A stretch of DNA of 46,223 nt from Octopus bimaculoides (lineage: Eukaryota): contig NC_068987.1 of NCBI RefSeq assembly GCF_001194135.2, positions 102,469,599-102,515,821 of the forward strand. The letters are read 5' to 3'. This document shows, piece after piece, positions 1-11,878 of the stretch; positions within the stretch are counted from its first letter, which is position 1, and the number at the start of each line of letters is the position of its first letter. The notes beneath the pieces are model-generated. The model saw only the letters and a list, made by a program, of their open reading frames with translations. It was not told the DNA's origin and searched no databases. The translations under genes were made by a program, and so were the position numbers.

Positions 1-34
<34 letters not shown>

Positions 35-42
35 CACACACA
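1..42. repeat. (TA)n/(CA)n microsatellite
   Basis: Read directly from the sequence. Confidence 0.95.
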
Positions 43-665
43 CTATTATTATTATTGCTGCTAGTTATTCGACCGCTATGCCACTCCTACAGAAAACAAT
101 TCTTGACCACACTATTTAATTTACCAAAACAGATAGTAGTAATTTATCGACACAGACAGGGCAACTTGTCATGCCAAGAAAATTAACGGAAATTACCACG
201 TGCTCTTGCAGAAAAAAGGAAAGTAAACTATGAATGTCAATTTTAATTCTAATTTTAATATTATTTTATTAATAGCTATTTTCTCCCTACATATTCCATT
301 TTAGTACATGTTTTTTGATAAGGTTTCTCAAAAACCGAAACATGTAAAACAAAACCAAAACATTCTTCCTTTAATGTATCTATATAAACAAAAATTAAGA
401 TGTACCCAATTTTAAGAAAATAACATTTTTGTCTTCCCTTTTCATATGTGTGTGTGCGTGTGTGTAATTAACGTAAGCGGTTGTAAGCAATGTGTATATA
501 AAAAAAAAACTATAACCGTTATTAAATATCGTCGACGTTGTTAGAAATATCTACATTGCTAGAAATAAGAGGTAAACACTCGCAACTTTATCAGGTTCAG
601 GTTTCATCGTTGCAATAAGAAGAATTATTTCGCATTCTCTCGATGTTTATAAATTGTTATAGCAA

Positions 666-704
666 ATGTGTGTGTGTGTATGTGTGCGTGAGTGTGTGTA
701 TGTA

Positions 705-737
<33 letters not shown>

Positions 738-770
738 GCGCGCGCGTGTGTGTGTGTGTATGTGTGTATA
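666..770. repeat. (TG)n microsatellite with (CG)n interruptions
   Basis: Read directly; alternating purine-pyrimidine tract. Confidence 0.95.
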
Positions 771-1283
771 CTTAAAGGAAAGTGTTTCTCAATAAAAATG
801 AAAATCTACTGAGTAAACGAACAAATAGAAATGTATGAGTGTGTACTATAGTTTTAATCATACTGACATAGATTTCAAGCTGATACAAGTTTCTGACAAA
901 AATTGGAACATGCCAGATTACTTCGACTTCGAAGTCACTGTCTATACGTTTATAATATACGTACGATGAGATAGTGTCTAAATGAAGCAGCACTGGTTAA
1001 TTACTGCCAGTCCTATAACACGACTCTGAAACACTCTAGTATTCGTCACTCAAAACATCCTTAATGCGTTTCCATTATTTACTTTGCTTAGGCGCCAATT
1101 TGATTATCAACCAATGAAATGGAATACGGTGGACAGTCACGTGGTATTTTAATGGGTTGTAAGAAGCGTATGCTAGAATCATTAACTTTCTATTAACTGC
1201 AGCAATAATGATTGTAGATTTAGCCATTCTCAGATTTTGGACAATGTATGTATATACACACACAGACATACATATATATATAC

Positions 1284-1285
<2 letters not shown>

Positions 1286-1367
<82 letters not shown>

Positions 1368-1385
1368 GTGCGTGTGTATGTGTGT
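1286..1385. repeat. (TG)n microsatellite
   Basis: Read directly; source of the CV/HT-repeat ORFs in the track. Confidence 0.95.
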
Positions 1386-1702
1386 ACGTATGTATAAGCG
1401 ACTACTATTTGGCTGTATATATCTACTTTCAATTTCCGTCCTTTTCCGTCGATTTGTCTCATGTTATTGTTTCATTTAGAACGATGGCCAACGAGAGGTT
1501 GCATTATGTTCGAAATATCCTGTTTGGTTTTACTCCTCTCCCATATAGAGTAGCTAGTAGAAGCTGGCCTATTCCTTCTTATAAATCACTATTAGAGCGT
1601 ATATTTGTCATATATTGTGATACTAAATATGTAAACTATTTTTGTTTATCACGTGGACCAATCTCTCAGTTCTGAATTTACTTTCATGATTTTATCCAAT
1701 TA

Positions 1703-1703
<1 letters not shown>

Positions 1704-1767
<64 letters not shown>
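1704..1767. repeat. (CA)n microsatellite
   Basis: Read directly from the sequence. Confidence 0.95.
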
Positions 1768-1769
<2 letters not shown>

Positions 1770-2074
1770 CAAACACACACATATATATACATATATATAT
1801 TCTTTGTACATATAAACGTACATGCAGTATTAGACAGTTCAAGTATTCGTAAAATTTTGCTGAAATTGATGGTTGAGTGTTTGGTCCAATCGGATGATCG
1901 TGTAGCCTTGTAAGTGTTGATATGTGGGATTCAGGGTAGAGTTAGCACATCCTTTTTCAGTCAATTTATTTATGTGTAAATGTCGCTTGAAATCGGAGAA
2001 TATATATACATACATACATACATACATACATACCTATATATACCTATATANNNNNNNNNNACATTTATAAAGAG

Positions 2075-2122
2075 GTCTTACAGCTGTTTCCGGGATATTT
2101 TATATATCCCTTCGTTGGAGAC
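2075..2122 (-). ncRNA. Degenerate minimal type I hammerhead ribozyme (Penelope pLTR type)
   Basis: Minus strand reads GTCT-CCAACGA-A-GGGATAT-ATAAA-ATATCCC-G-GAAAC-AGCT-GTA-AGAC. This gives stem I (GTCT/AGAC), a core with 2 changes from CTGANGA, a 7-bp stem II, GAAA, a palindromic minimal stem III and a GUA cleavage triplet. Confidence 0.7.
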
Positions 2123-2620
2123 GGTGTGAGAAGGTGGTTAAGCAACTGTTATTCTAGATAAGATATGAAATAGAGAGTGAAGTGGAGGAATGAAAATAGA
2201 CGTGAGATATGCAGGGATATTGTATCTGCAGGTCCATTATTTAGGCAGAATGGTATATATTTAAGATCCTGTACCTTGTAAGTTCCAATAGTATTTAAAA
2301 TTGGTCATTCCAAGCATAGAGTTTGTAAATGGTGATATTGAATCGAGAGCTTACTGAAACATTTTATATATATTTACATATATATTTATGTATATAGGTA
2401 ATGAAAAATTATAGAGGTGAACTCTTTTCAAGTAACAACAGCGTAGGGTTCAATTTACTGAGCGATTTAATTTAAAGTATTAATTTGAAAGAGACAAGTT
2501 TCAAGATCAATATTTCTCCTTATCAAAGTCGACACATATCTAAACACAAAGAACATATATAAGCCATTATAAGCATGCGAGCACATAACATAGAAAAACA
2601 TATATATATATATATACATA

Positions 2621-2960
2621 TAATAGTGTAATTCCGTGACCAAAACAAAGACGGATCGGTAATTGCATAATTACATACTGGTAGATTAAGAAGTCCAAGC
2701 TGATGAGATAACAGTCTAGAATAATACAAAAGGGAAGTCATCAAAGGAATCCAATAAATAGAAAGAGTCTCATGGCCGTTTCCGGGAGTGTGCAAGGAGT
2801 AGGTAAGACCTTTTGAACTTCGGCAATCAAGGTTCAAAAGATCTTACCTAGACGCATTATTGTGGACTGTTATCTCATAAGCTTGGACTTCTTAATTTAC
2901 CAGTATGTATTTATGCGGTTACTTATCCGAGTTTTATTTGGTCACAGAATTACACTATTA
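2621..2960. mobile_element. Fold-back MITE-like element with 107-bp inverted arms in a TA-rich site
   Basis: 2621-2727 matches the reverse complement of 2854-2960 at 92/107 by hand alignment, with no gaps. Spacer is 126 bp. TA repeats flank both ends, consistent with a Tc1/mariner-type target. Confidence 0.8.
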
Positions 2961-3847
2961 TATGTATGTATGCATGTATGTATGTATGCATGTATGTATG
3001 TGTATATATATATATANNNNNNNNNNNNNNNNNNNNNNNNNNNNNNNNNNNNNNNNNNNNNNNNNNNNNNNNNNNNNNNNNNNNNNNNNNNNNNNNNNNN
3101 NNNNNNNNNNNNNNNNNNNNNNNNNNNNNNNNNNNNNNNNNNNNNNNNNNNNNNNNNNNNNNNNNNNNNNNNNNNNNNNNNNNNNNNNNNNNNNNNNNNN
3201 NNNNNNNNNNNNNNNNNNNNNNNNNNNNNNNNNNNNNNNNNNNNNNNNNNNNNNNNNNNNNNNNNNNNNNNNNNNNNNNNNNNNNNNNNNNNNNNNNNNN
3301 NNNNNNNNNNNNNNNNNNNNNNNNNNNNNNNNNNNNNNNNNNNNNNNNNNNNNNNNNNNNNNNNNNNNNNNNNNNNNNNNNNNNNNNNNNNNNNNNNNNN
3401 NNNNNNNNNNNNNNNNNNNNNNNNNNNNNNNNNNNNNNNNNNNNNNNNNNNNNNNNNNNNNNNNNNNNNNNNNNNNNNNNNNNNNNNNNNNNNNNNNNNN
3501 NNNNNNNNNNNNNNNNNNNNNNNNNNNNNNNNNNNNNNNNNNNNNNNNNNNNNNNNNNNNNNNNNNNNNNNNNNNNNNNNNNNNNNNNNNNNNNNNNNNN
3601 NNNNNNNNNNNNNNNNNNNNNNNNNNNNNNNNNNNNNNNNNNNNNNNNNNNNNNNNNNNNNNNNNNNNNNNNNNNNNNNNNNNNNNNNNNNNNNNNNNNN
3701 NNNNNNNNNNNNNNNNNNNNNNNNNNNNNNNNNNNNNNNNNNNNNNNNNNNNNNNNNNNNNNNNNNNNNNNNNNNNNNNNNNNNNNNNNNNNNNNNNNNN
3801 NNNNNNNNNNNNNNNNNNNNNNNNNNNNNNNNNNNNNNNNNNNNNNN

Positions 3848-4181
3848 ATTAATTAACATCAATTAATTATCAGGAGGCCAGCACATCTAAAGAATCAAAG
3901 AGATTCAGAAATATTATCTGCAATCTCAGAGGATTAAGGTACATTTTAAAAAAATAACGTCGACCACTAACGTGGACAATTAATGCGCTAGAAATAGATC
4001 ACATCTTGTGTCTATTAAGACCTAAATTGTTCTCAACATGAAATATAGCAGCATACCAAAACGTGAGCGGGCAAGACATTTAAAATCACCTAAAAAAGCA
4101 TTCTTAAACAGGAACCAGTTTCGGATCTCTTTGATTCTTTAGATGCGCTGGCCTCCTGATAATTAATCGATATTAATTAAT
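3848..4181. mobile_element. MITE-like element with inverted arms of at least 59 bp
   Basis: 3848-3906 matches the reverse complement of 4123-4181 at 55/59. The true left end lies in the N gap. Confidence 0.75.
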
Positions 4182-4211
4182 ATATGATTAATTACCAGGA
4201 TTTTATAATTG

Positions 4212-4243
<32 letters not shown>

Positions 4244-4399
4244 TGTATCCTGGGTATGACTTTAAACTACGTCTGGCAATAAGCATCTGGTTCAGAATTT
4301 TCAGGGTTTTGAGGAGTGTGGAACAAATATTCTTCCCAGGTCTACTTGTAGCATCCCATCTAAGATTCACATAGCATATAAGTGAAATATTCGAGTTCA

Positions 4400-5060
4400 T
4401 GTTCGAGGATGTAGTAAGCCTATTGGGAGTGAGGGACCATTGATCTTTGTTAAGGCATTTCCATAAGTGAGGGCTAACTTGTATATGAAACCATTGTCTT
4501 AGTAAGCTGAATACCTTGTTGTTGTGGTGGTGTTCAAGTTGTACTTGACTTAAAATCTTGCACACGTATAGCTGACATTTACCTGTGACCAATAGCCATA
4601 CTTTTCTAGCGAGAAGACGGTCATATTATGTATGTATTGGGTATTGAATACTGTTTACTGAGTATTAATACCCGCATCCCCTGTCACAATATACTCTCGG
4701 TTGGTCATACTGTGAGTCTTGATGACATCAGAATTTTATGGTGAATAGTCGAAAGGCATTCGACCACAGCAGAAACCCCAGGACATGATTCGAGGACAAC
4801 TTAAAGAATCGCTTGGAATGTCTGAAATTTCAGGACAAAAGTGGGGAAACATATCACATGATATAAAACCTGGAAGAAAAGAATCTATAGTGGAATGAGC
4901 ACATTCCAGCGAAATACTAGCGAATGGTCACGCATAAGGAGATTAGAAGAAAAAGACAATACTGTTGAAGCTATATTTCCTGAAGCAATCTCCAAAGTCT
5001 GTGTCCGCATATGTATGTCCTGTACAGATCTCGTGAGGCACAAGAGAAACCATGTAGAAA
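4400..5060 (+). mobile_element. Decayed RTE-clade LINE, 3' part of the ORF
   Basis: Frameshifted translation gives LVYETIVL, LKILH..VTN, ILSVGHTVSLDDIRILW, PRT*FEDNLKNRLE and KVCVRICMSCTDLVRHKRNH. These follow the order of RTE/BovB C-terminal motifs (KVYRAVVL; LRKIL..VTN; LRWLGHVVRMDD; GRPK.RFKDNLK; C..C...SH.R.H). Confidence 0.65.
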
Positions 5061-5380
5061 AGCAAGTTACTAACTACAACGAGTTTCTTGCTGGGGCCAA
5101 CCTTCCATTTACTTTCTGCTAGAAAAGGGTACAAATCGTTCAGGTCTATGTAGGCGCACGCGGGGTGCACAGCAAAAATCATACGAACGTTCCGAAACAA
5201 CCAAGAAGTCAGAATCGTTAGTAAGAATCTCAAAACTGCAACATCTGAAAATCACTGCCAAGTTTCAGGATATTTTGTCTCTCTTACATCATATGGTGCT
5301 ATTATTTATTTTATTTAGTCAGCTATGATGATGCACATTTAACAAGTCCACAACCATCATATATATGTATGCATATATAA

Positions 5381-5525
5381 CAGGCTTCCAAACAGTTTCC
5401 GTCTACTTAAATTCACTCGCAAAACATTAGTCAGCTCGGAGTTACAGCACAAGACGCAGCGCACTGGGAATGAACTTCAAATAATGTGGTTACAAACCTC
5501 TTTTCTTAACCACCCAACCATATCT
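5381..5525 (-). mobile_element. Degenerate SINE family A, 5' part
   Basis: cagtttccgtctac...cactgggaatgaac...cttaaccacccaacca is homologous to 36410-36555. Confidence 0.75.
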
Positions 5526-5791
5526 ATATATATTTATACATAAGGATATATAATTATGTATCATGTATATGTGTATGTGTGTGAGGGAGAGAGAGAGGGG
5601 GGAAGAGAGAGAGAAATAAAACGAGAGAGAACGAGAGAGTATCGCACATAGATAAAAACATGCAGAGATAAGGGAATAGATATTTTGATAGACAGACAGA
5701 TGGGTACATGTATGTATATGTATATATATATATATATGGGGAGTGTAAGTGTGTATTATGTGTACGTGTCTGCGTATGAGTGAGTGTGTGA

Positions 5792-5865
<74 letters not shown>
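5792..5865. repeat. (GATA)n microsatellite
   Basis: Read directly from the sequence. Confidence 0.95.
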
Positions 5866-5866
<1 letters not shown>

Positions 5867-6659
5867 TGTCATTATCCAATAACAGCCCTTCTTGAGATAG
5901 CTACTTTAACTCCATTTTCTCTACAATTAAGAGGATGAGAGATTAAGCTATCACACGTAACTTTACACATGAGTGCAAGAAAATTCATCTTGACACTCAT
6001 GACAGTGATGAGTCACACTGACTGTGTTAGCTGCAGAGTATTAGCTAAAATAAACTGACGAAATGGAATTGTAGTTATCGTGGATACACGAGGCACTCGC
6101 ACACGGATGCGATATCTTGAGCTTTGAGATATCATACCAACACAAATTAATTACATGATGCTAGACGTTCCTGACCACATGCATTGAAAACATATATGTA
6201 ATGATATATGCACTTACACTACACTCGTAGTACTAATATATAATCGTTACGCATTTCAGATTAACTGCCCTCTACCTAACATTATCTAAACTACACAGTT
6301 CGTATTTGGCAACCGCACATTGCTGAAACTATATGACAAAGGCGTGAACATGTCTTTCGTATGCTATCATATTCAACCCTAATATTCGCTTACCAATTCT
6401 GAAATTTTGGCAACATGTACTCATGCGCTATTCTCACACATTTTGAGTAGTGTGCTTTTGTACATATATAAATATTGCTGGGTACACCGAAGCAACGATA
6501 ACTTGTCTGATTGTCTTAACAACAAGCTACAAAACCTGGTTTTCATAAGTTGTGTTCCAGTTCTCATTCGCTCCTGGTCATCATATTTCCACTCTGGCGC
6601 GTTCATCAAAAAATATTTTTGCTTGTAAATTCTCAAAAAAAAAAAGCTTACATATTCAA

Positions 6660-6930
6660 TACCGAGTCGACCAAAGACTTGCAAGTGGATTTGGTGAGGC
6701 TAAACTGAAGGAAGCCCATGTATGACTGTGTCTTTGTGTTTGTGTTTTCCCCCTACTGCTCCATGGTACTCAGTGGTTTTTAATGTAGCCGTTTCTTAGC
6801 GGTTAGGCAAAACTAGAACGACAGAGTGAGCACCAGGCTTCAAGATAAATAATGAGCTTGAACTCTTCGGCTAGGTCCTTCAAGACGGTACATGCCAGCA
6901 GCCCAATGACTGAAAAAGCTGACAAAGATA
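6660..6930 (+). mobile_element. Degenerate SINE family A copy, 5'-truncated
   Basis: cgaccaaagacttgcaagtggatttggt...ttagcggttaggcaaaa...aatgactgaaaaag matches the reverse complement of the 36.0-36.5 kb copy. Confidence 0.75.
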
Positions 6931-6945
6931 CACATATGTGTTCAT

Positions 6946-7054
6946 GCGCGTGTGCGTGTGCGTGTGCGTGTGCGTGTGCGTGTGCGTGCGCGTATGCGTG
7001 TCCGCGTGTGTATTTCTATACGTATATATTTATGTACATATACACGAATATGTA

Positions 7055-7118
<64 letters not shown>
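6946..7118. repeat. (GTGTGC)n tract followed by (TA)n
   Basis: Read directly from the sequence. Confidence 0.9.
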
Positions 7119-7121
<3 letters not shown>

Positions 7122-7187
7122 GTTTGTATTATGCATATATGTGTGTATGTGCTTATTGGTCTATCTTTCTTTGTATGTATGCCTACA

Positions 7188-8039
7188 TACGAAGTCTGAT
7201 CAATAAGTTTAAGTTTCTGAACTGTTGCCATAGTAACGAAGCTAAAATCACTTGGCACAAATTGATCTTGAACGCTGCTGTGCATGCGCACTCTGTTTTG
7301 ACGTTCTAACTCACGTCCACTGTTTACAGCAATGCTTGGAAAGAAGGTGTGTAGCGTGTGATCTTTTCATTGACCATGGCAGAGAAAGTTGTCATGTTGA
7401 TACCTGCTCAGAGGCCTAATCAAAGTTGCAGAAAGTGTGTGAAGATGAGAGTGTGAGCCGCACACACGTATACGAGATTTTCAGACGTTTCCAAGATGGC
7501 TGAGAAAATGTCGATATTGTCGAGCGTTCTGGGAGACCTGCAACTGTGAGGGAAAATCATCGGTGCACCATCCGCATGCTATGGGAGGATATGTGGATTA
7601 GTTACGGTTCAGTTCAGACCTTTAGCACTGAAGGGTTGGGTATAAAACACGTTGCTGCCAAGTTTGTGCAAAACTGCGTTCATCTGACCAAAAAGACGTT
7701 CGGGTTTCACTAGCACAAGGTCTCCTTCATTGTTTCGAAAATGATGAAAACACTACTGAAGACTTTGCGTAGGTCCCTGAGTGGGTATTGCCAAGCTGTT
7801 GGCAACATTTTATGCAGAGTTTCTGTTCAAATATTTCTAACATGCTCAATGCGACAATCACACGCTACACACTTTCCTTCCAGGCACAGCTGTAAACAGT
7901 GGATTTGAGCTAGAACGTTAAGACTTACTGCTCATGCAGAGCAGCGTTGAAGGTCAATCTGCGCCAAATGGCTTCATTCTGCGTGTTTTGGCTTTGTTAC
8001 TATGGCAACCGTCAGGATAATTGTTGATTAGACCCCATA
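7188..8039. mobile_element. Non-autonomous mariner derivative with long inverted arms
   Basis: Starts TACGAAGTCTGATCAATAAG and ends GATTAGACCCCATA. 7188-7378 aligns to the reverse complement of 7841-8039, and both arms continue into the transposase N-terminus. Confidence 0.85.
7423..7752 (+). pseudogene. Mariner transposase N-terminal (HTH) fragment, with a stop and a frameshift
   Basis: KLQKVCEDESVSRTHVYEIFRRFQDG*ENVDIVERSGRPATV...ISYGSVQTFSTEGLGIKHVAAKFV/..SDQKDVRVSLAQGLLHCFENDEN; contains the RSGRP and KFVP-like mariner motifs. Confidence 0.9.
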
Positions 8040-8042
8040 TAT

Positions 8043-8085
8043 TCAGTAATCCCTCGCCATATCGCGATTGACCTCTCGTAGTTTA
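8043..8085 (+). mobile_element. Possible pogo/Tigger-like terminal inverted repeat fragment
   Basis: cagtaatccctcgccatatcgcg resembles CAGTA(A/G)TCCC-type termini (from memory). The partner end was not found. Confidence 0.35.
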
Positions 8086-8249
8086 TTATTTAAGCTTACG
8101 TCAATTCCTCTGTGGTGTTTCTTTTACATTTATAATAAAATGAATATATTTAAATTATAAAAAATATATACAGTAAGATACAATACTGTTTCTACTTGGC
8201 AGATTATCTCCTATCGCAGAGTGGGTGGGGTGTATATGAACGTACATCG

Positions 8250-8465
8250 TGGCACTCCATCGCTTACGACGACAAGGGTTCCATTTGATAGGATCAACGG
8301 AACAGCATGCTCGTAAAATTAACGTGCAAGTGGCTAAAAACTCCATAGACACGTGTAACCTTAACGTAGTTGTCGGGAGACTCAGCGTGACACAAGGCTG
8401 GCCCCTTTGAAATACAGCTATAAGAGAAACAAGAGTGAGAGAAGGTTGTGGTTAAAGAGTACAGC
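8250..8465 (-). mobile_element. SINE family C fragment (cephalopod SINE with an RTE-like 3' tail)
   Basis: ggcactccatcgcttacgacgacaaggg...gatcaacggaacagc...aattaacgtgcaagtggct...cttaacgtagtt is a motif string I recognise from Octopus repeats. It runs into a gap. Confidence 0.65.
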
Positions 8466-8953
8466 NNNNNNNNNNNNNNNNNNNNNNNNNNNNNNNNNNN
8501 NNNNNNNNNNNNNNNNNNNNNNNNNNNNNNNNNNNNNNNNNNNNNNNNNNNNNNNNNNNNNNNNNNNNNNNNNNNNNNNNNNNNNNNNNNNNNNNNNNNN
8601 NNNNNNNNNNNNNNNNNNNNNNNNNNNNNNNNNNNNNNNNNNNNNNNNNNNNNNNNNNNNNNNNNNNNNNNNNNNNNNNNNNNNNNNNNNNNNNNNNNNN
8701 NNNNNNNNNNNNNNNNNNNNNNNNNNNNNNNNNNNNNNNNNNNNNNNNNNNNNNNNNNNNNNNNNNNNNNNNNNNNNNNNNNNNNNNNNNNNNNNNNNNN
8801 NNNNNNNNNNNNNNNNNNNNNNNNNNNNNNNNNNNNNNNNNNNNNNNNNNNNNNNNNNNNNNNNNNNNNNNNNNNNNNNNNNNNNNNNNNNNNNNNNNNN
8901 NNNNNNNNNNNNNNNNNNNNNNNNNNNNNNNNNNNNNNNNNNNNNNNNNNNNN

Positions 8954-8990
<37 letters not shown>

Positions 8991-11280
8991 TGTACATGTG
9001 TGTCCATATGTCTATGCGTGCGTATAACTGAAAAATGGTTTTCAGAATGAAATTAGTTTTGTTGTTACGTATGTACCTGCGTATGTAAGTGTATTGTATT
9101 GGATGTATGTGTTTGTGCGTGTGCTTCAGTGCAACATTTTCAGATATAAGATCACTAGTTATTCTATTAATATACCTGTTATATAAATGTCTACGTATAT
9201 TATGTTCCATGCATAATTCTGATGCTCCTGTATATTCATTTCTGAATAAAATATAAAGTAGTAATTATCATTTTATTTTCTCACAGATTATTTATTTCCG
9301 ACTCCACTTTTGATTAATTATATGCCAGCATAACATAACTTTTTGATCATGTCTGTAAACTTGTAACTGTTATCTGCCGAGAGTATAACATGAGCGTGCT
9401 TTATTGTAATTTTATTGATGAGTAATAAGTGTTTTCCAATAGCTCACTATTGTTGTTCTTTTATTTTTCAACCAACGCTCACATCAGTACTCATATTATC
9501 GTTTAAAATTATCAGTTTCATTCTTTTTACAAGTAAACCTTATAAGAAACAAAGAAACAAAAAAAAAATCCTAATATATAAACATAAACATTCTTTCATA
9601 AATACAATGAATGGTATGTTAAAAGGTGGGGAAGAAAAGTCTAAAGTTTCGGGTAGAATTCTTTCGTGGAAAGAGACTACTCAACTCTTTTCTTTAACGG
9701 CAGAAATGTTTTGTTCCATTGTTTTAACATTTTACACTACAATTTGCCAGCGTGGACTATTAATAAATTTCTCGGACTCACTGACTCAATGTATATTTTA
9801 ATATTTAAAGTTCTTTTTCTTATAGAATACTTCTGGGAGTCCTTATAGTGATGGGCATGAGTTGTTCCGATCGCTCTGCTGATTTATCTAATTTTTTATA
9901 ATCTTTTTCTACCTTTAATTTAAGACATTTGATTATTATTTTGGAATAAAATCAAAGTCACATTTTCAATATATAAATACGATCCGAAGGGCTATATGGA
10001 TCAATAATTGTAGCTTGTATAAACAGAATATTTCGTAAAATATTATGATAGACACCTTAGTTTATATAAAATTTAGAAACTTTTCTAAATAAAAAATATA
10101 GGTTTTTGTACATTATAGTTGAGAACATATGATTCTAGAGTTAGTTTTCTTGTTTTTGTTATAATGGGAAGGGAAATATCTTTCATATATATGGCGTAAA
10201 TTTCCCGTTTTCTAAGGTGTTCATATATTCATATATTGCTTTTTATCAGAATGATTTTCTACGAGCCTAAGGCGAAGTGATCATGGAATCTTACCTACTA
10301 AACTGGTGAAGTTTATATAGATAGTCTACGATTTTTATCTTGTGTAGGTTGTGCACAAAGAAGATTTAGTAGAGCGCATTTCTCGGGAGAAAGGTGCAGG
10401 TAGAATAGTGAATATGTTTAGGTTAAAGCAATGATGTTTGAACTATTCTTTAGTCAATGAAATAGGATTTATGTCTGGCGTAAGATTATTTTCCATGTTG
10501 CCACACTTTAGCTCCAGCTCAATCCTCATTAAAGCGGCCTGTGTACATGATGGTTCTGACCATAAATATTTCGCTTAAATATCAGTAACAATATACACAG
10601 GACGATATTATTTATTAAGTTATCTCTTTCGATGGGATAAGCTGTAGTGTATTCGACGACTATTTTTATAGGGTTTTCTCATTATAATATTGGATCTAGA
10701 TCAGCTTTATTCTTGCACCTTTCTGCAACCATCAGTGATTATGGACTTCCATCCAAAAACCTGAAGATTCATAATTGTTCTTGCTAATTATAAATCAGTG
10801 GAATCTATATAAGTTTCTATTGATGTGTTTGCCGTTTACTCCTGTACTTTTCTGCACACCACAACTTATTCTTATTTCGAGGGATTAATTTAAACATCAG
10901 GCATGTGTGCTCGTTAATGAGCCGTGAAAGCATCTCCACACATATCTAGGTGCCAATTCTCCTCTCCGAGCACTGCAAGAAAGTCAACAGGCTATCATTT
11001 GCAATTTGACCCATAGCAGTAGTGGTAATTCTGTTCTCCTCAAAACCGAGCTTCTGAAAAGGATTTTCGCCACCAGATTCAATTTATATTTGTCCCAAGT
11101 CATTTTATGGCAAACTCCTTTATATTGTATATAAATGTTTTGTGATGAACCGCCACCAGTGTCTCAAAACGAATAATATATTCTGAAATAGCAACAACAC
11201 TTTTCCCACATTGTGCCCTGACGTCTTAAAGATGCAAGGACACATAATATAGACTAATATGCATTATTATAATAATCCTT

Positions 11281-11410
11281 TCTGGTATAGGCACAAAGAA
11301 GGACTGAAAATTTAGTTCTTATTTTATTGACCCCGGAAGTATGAATTCAAAGTCGACCTTCACGGAATTTGAACTCAGCGTGTAAAGACGGGCGAAATAC
11401 GGCTAAGCAT
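11281..11410 (-). mobile_element. SINE family B fragment
   Basis: gacccc..aaagtcgacc..ggaatttgaactcag..taaagacgggcgaaatacggctaagcat is homologous to 23740-23835. Confidence 0.8.
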
Positions 11411-11414
11411 ACGT

Positions 11415-11503
11415 GAATGCGTGTGTGTGTGTGCATGTGTGTGAGAGAGAGAGCGAGAGAGACAGAGACAGAGACAGAGAGAGACAGACAGACAGAGTGT
11501 GTG

Positions 11504-11558
<55 letters not shown>
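11415..11558. repeat. Compound (TG)/(GA)/(GACA)/(TG) microsatellite
   Basis: Read directly from the sequence. Confidence 0.9.
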
Positions 11559-11811
11559 TACATGTGACTGAAAATATGATTTATATCCAAATTAGCACCA
11601 TTCAAAGGTGACTAGTTTGCCATCTCTTTATGTAGGTGAGAGGTTTTTCTTTTTTAGTTTTTTTTTTCTGTNNNNNNNNNNNNNNNNNNNNNNNNNNNNN
11701 NNNNNNNNNNNNNNNNNNNNNNNNNNNNNNNNNNNNNNNNNNNNNNNNNNNNNNNNNNNNNNNNNNNNNNNNNNNNNNNNNNNNNNNNNNNNNNNNNNNN
11801 NNNNNNNNNNN

Positions 11812-11877
<66 letters not shown>

Positions 11878-11878
11878 C
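11812..11878. repeat. (TTA)n microsatellite
   Basis: Read directly from the sequence. Confidence 0.95.

Noticed and set aside
9415-9801. 128-aa ORF
   Set aside because: Composition mirrors the AT-rich background (I/F/K/L), it crosses an A run, and there is no recognisable domain or splice signal.
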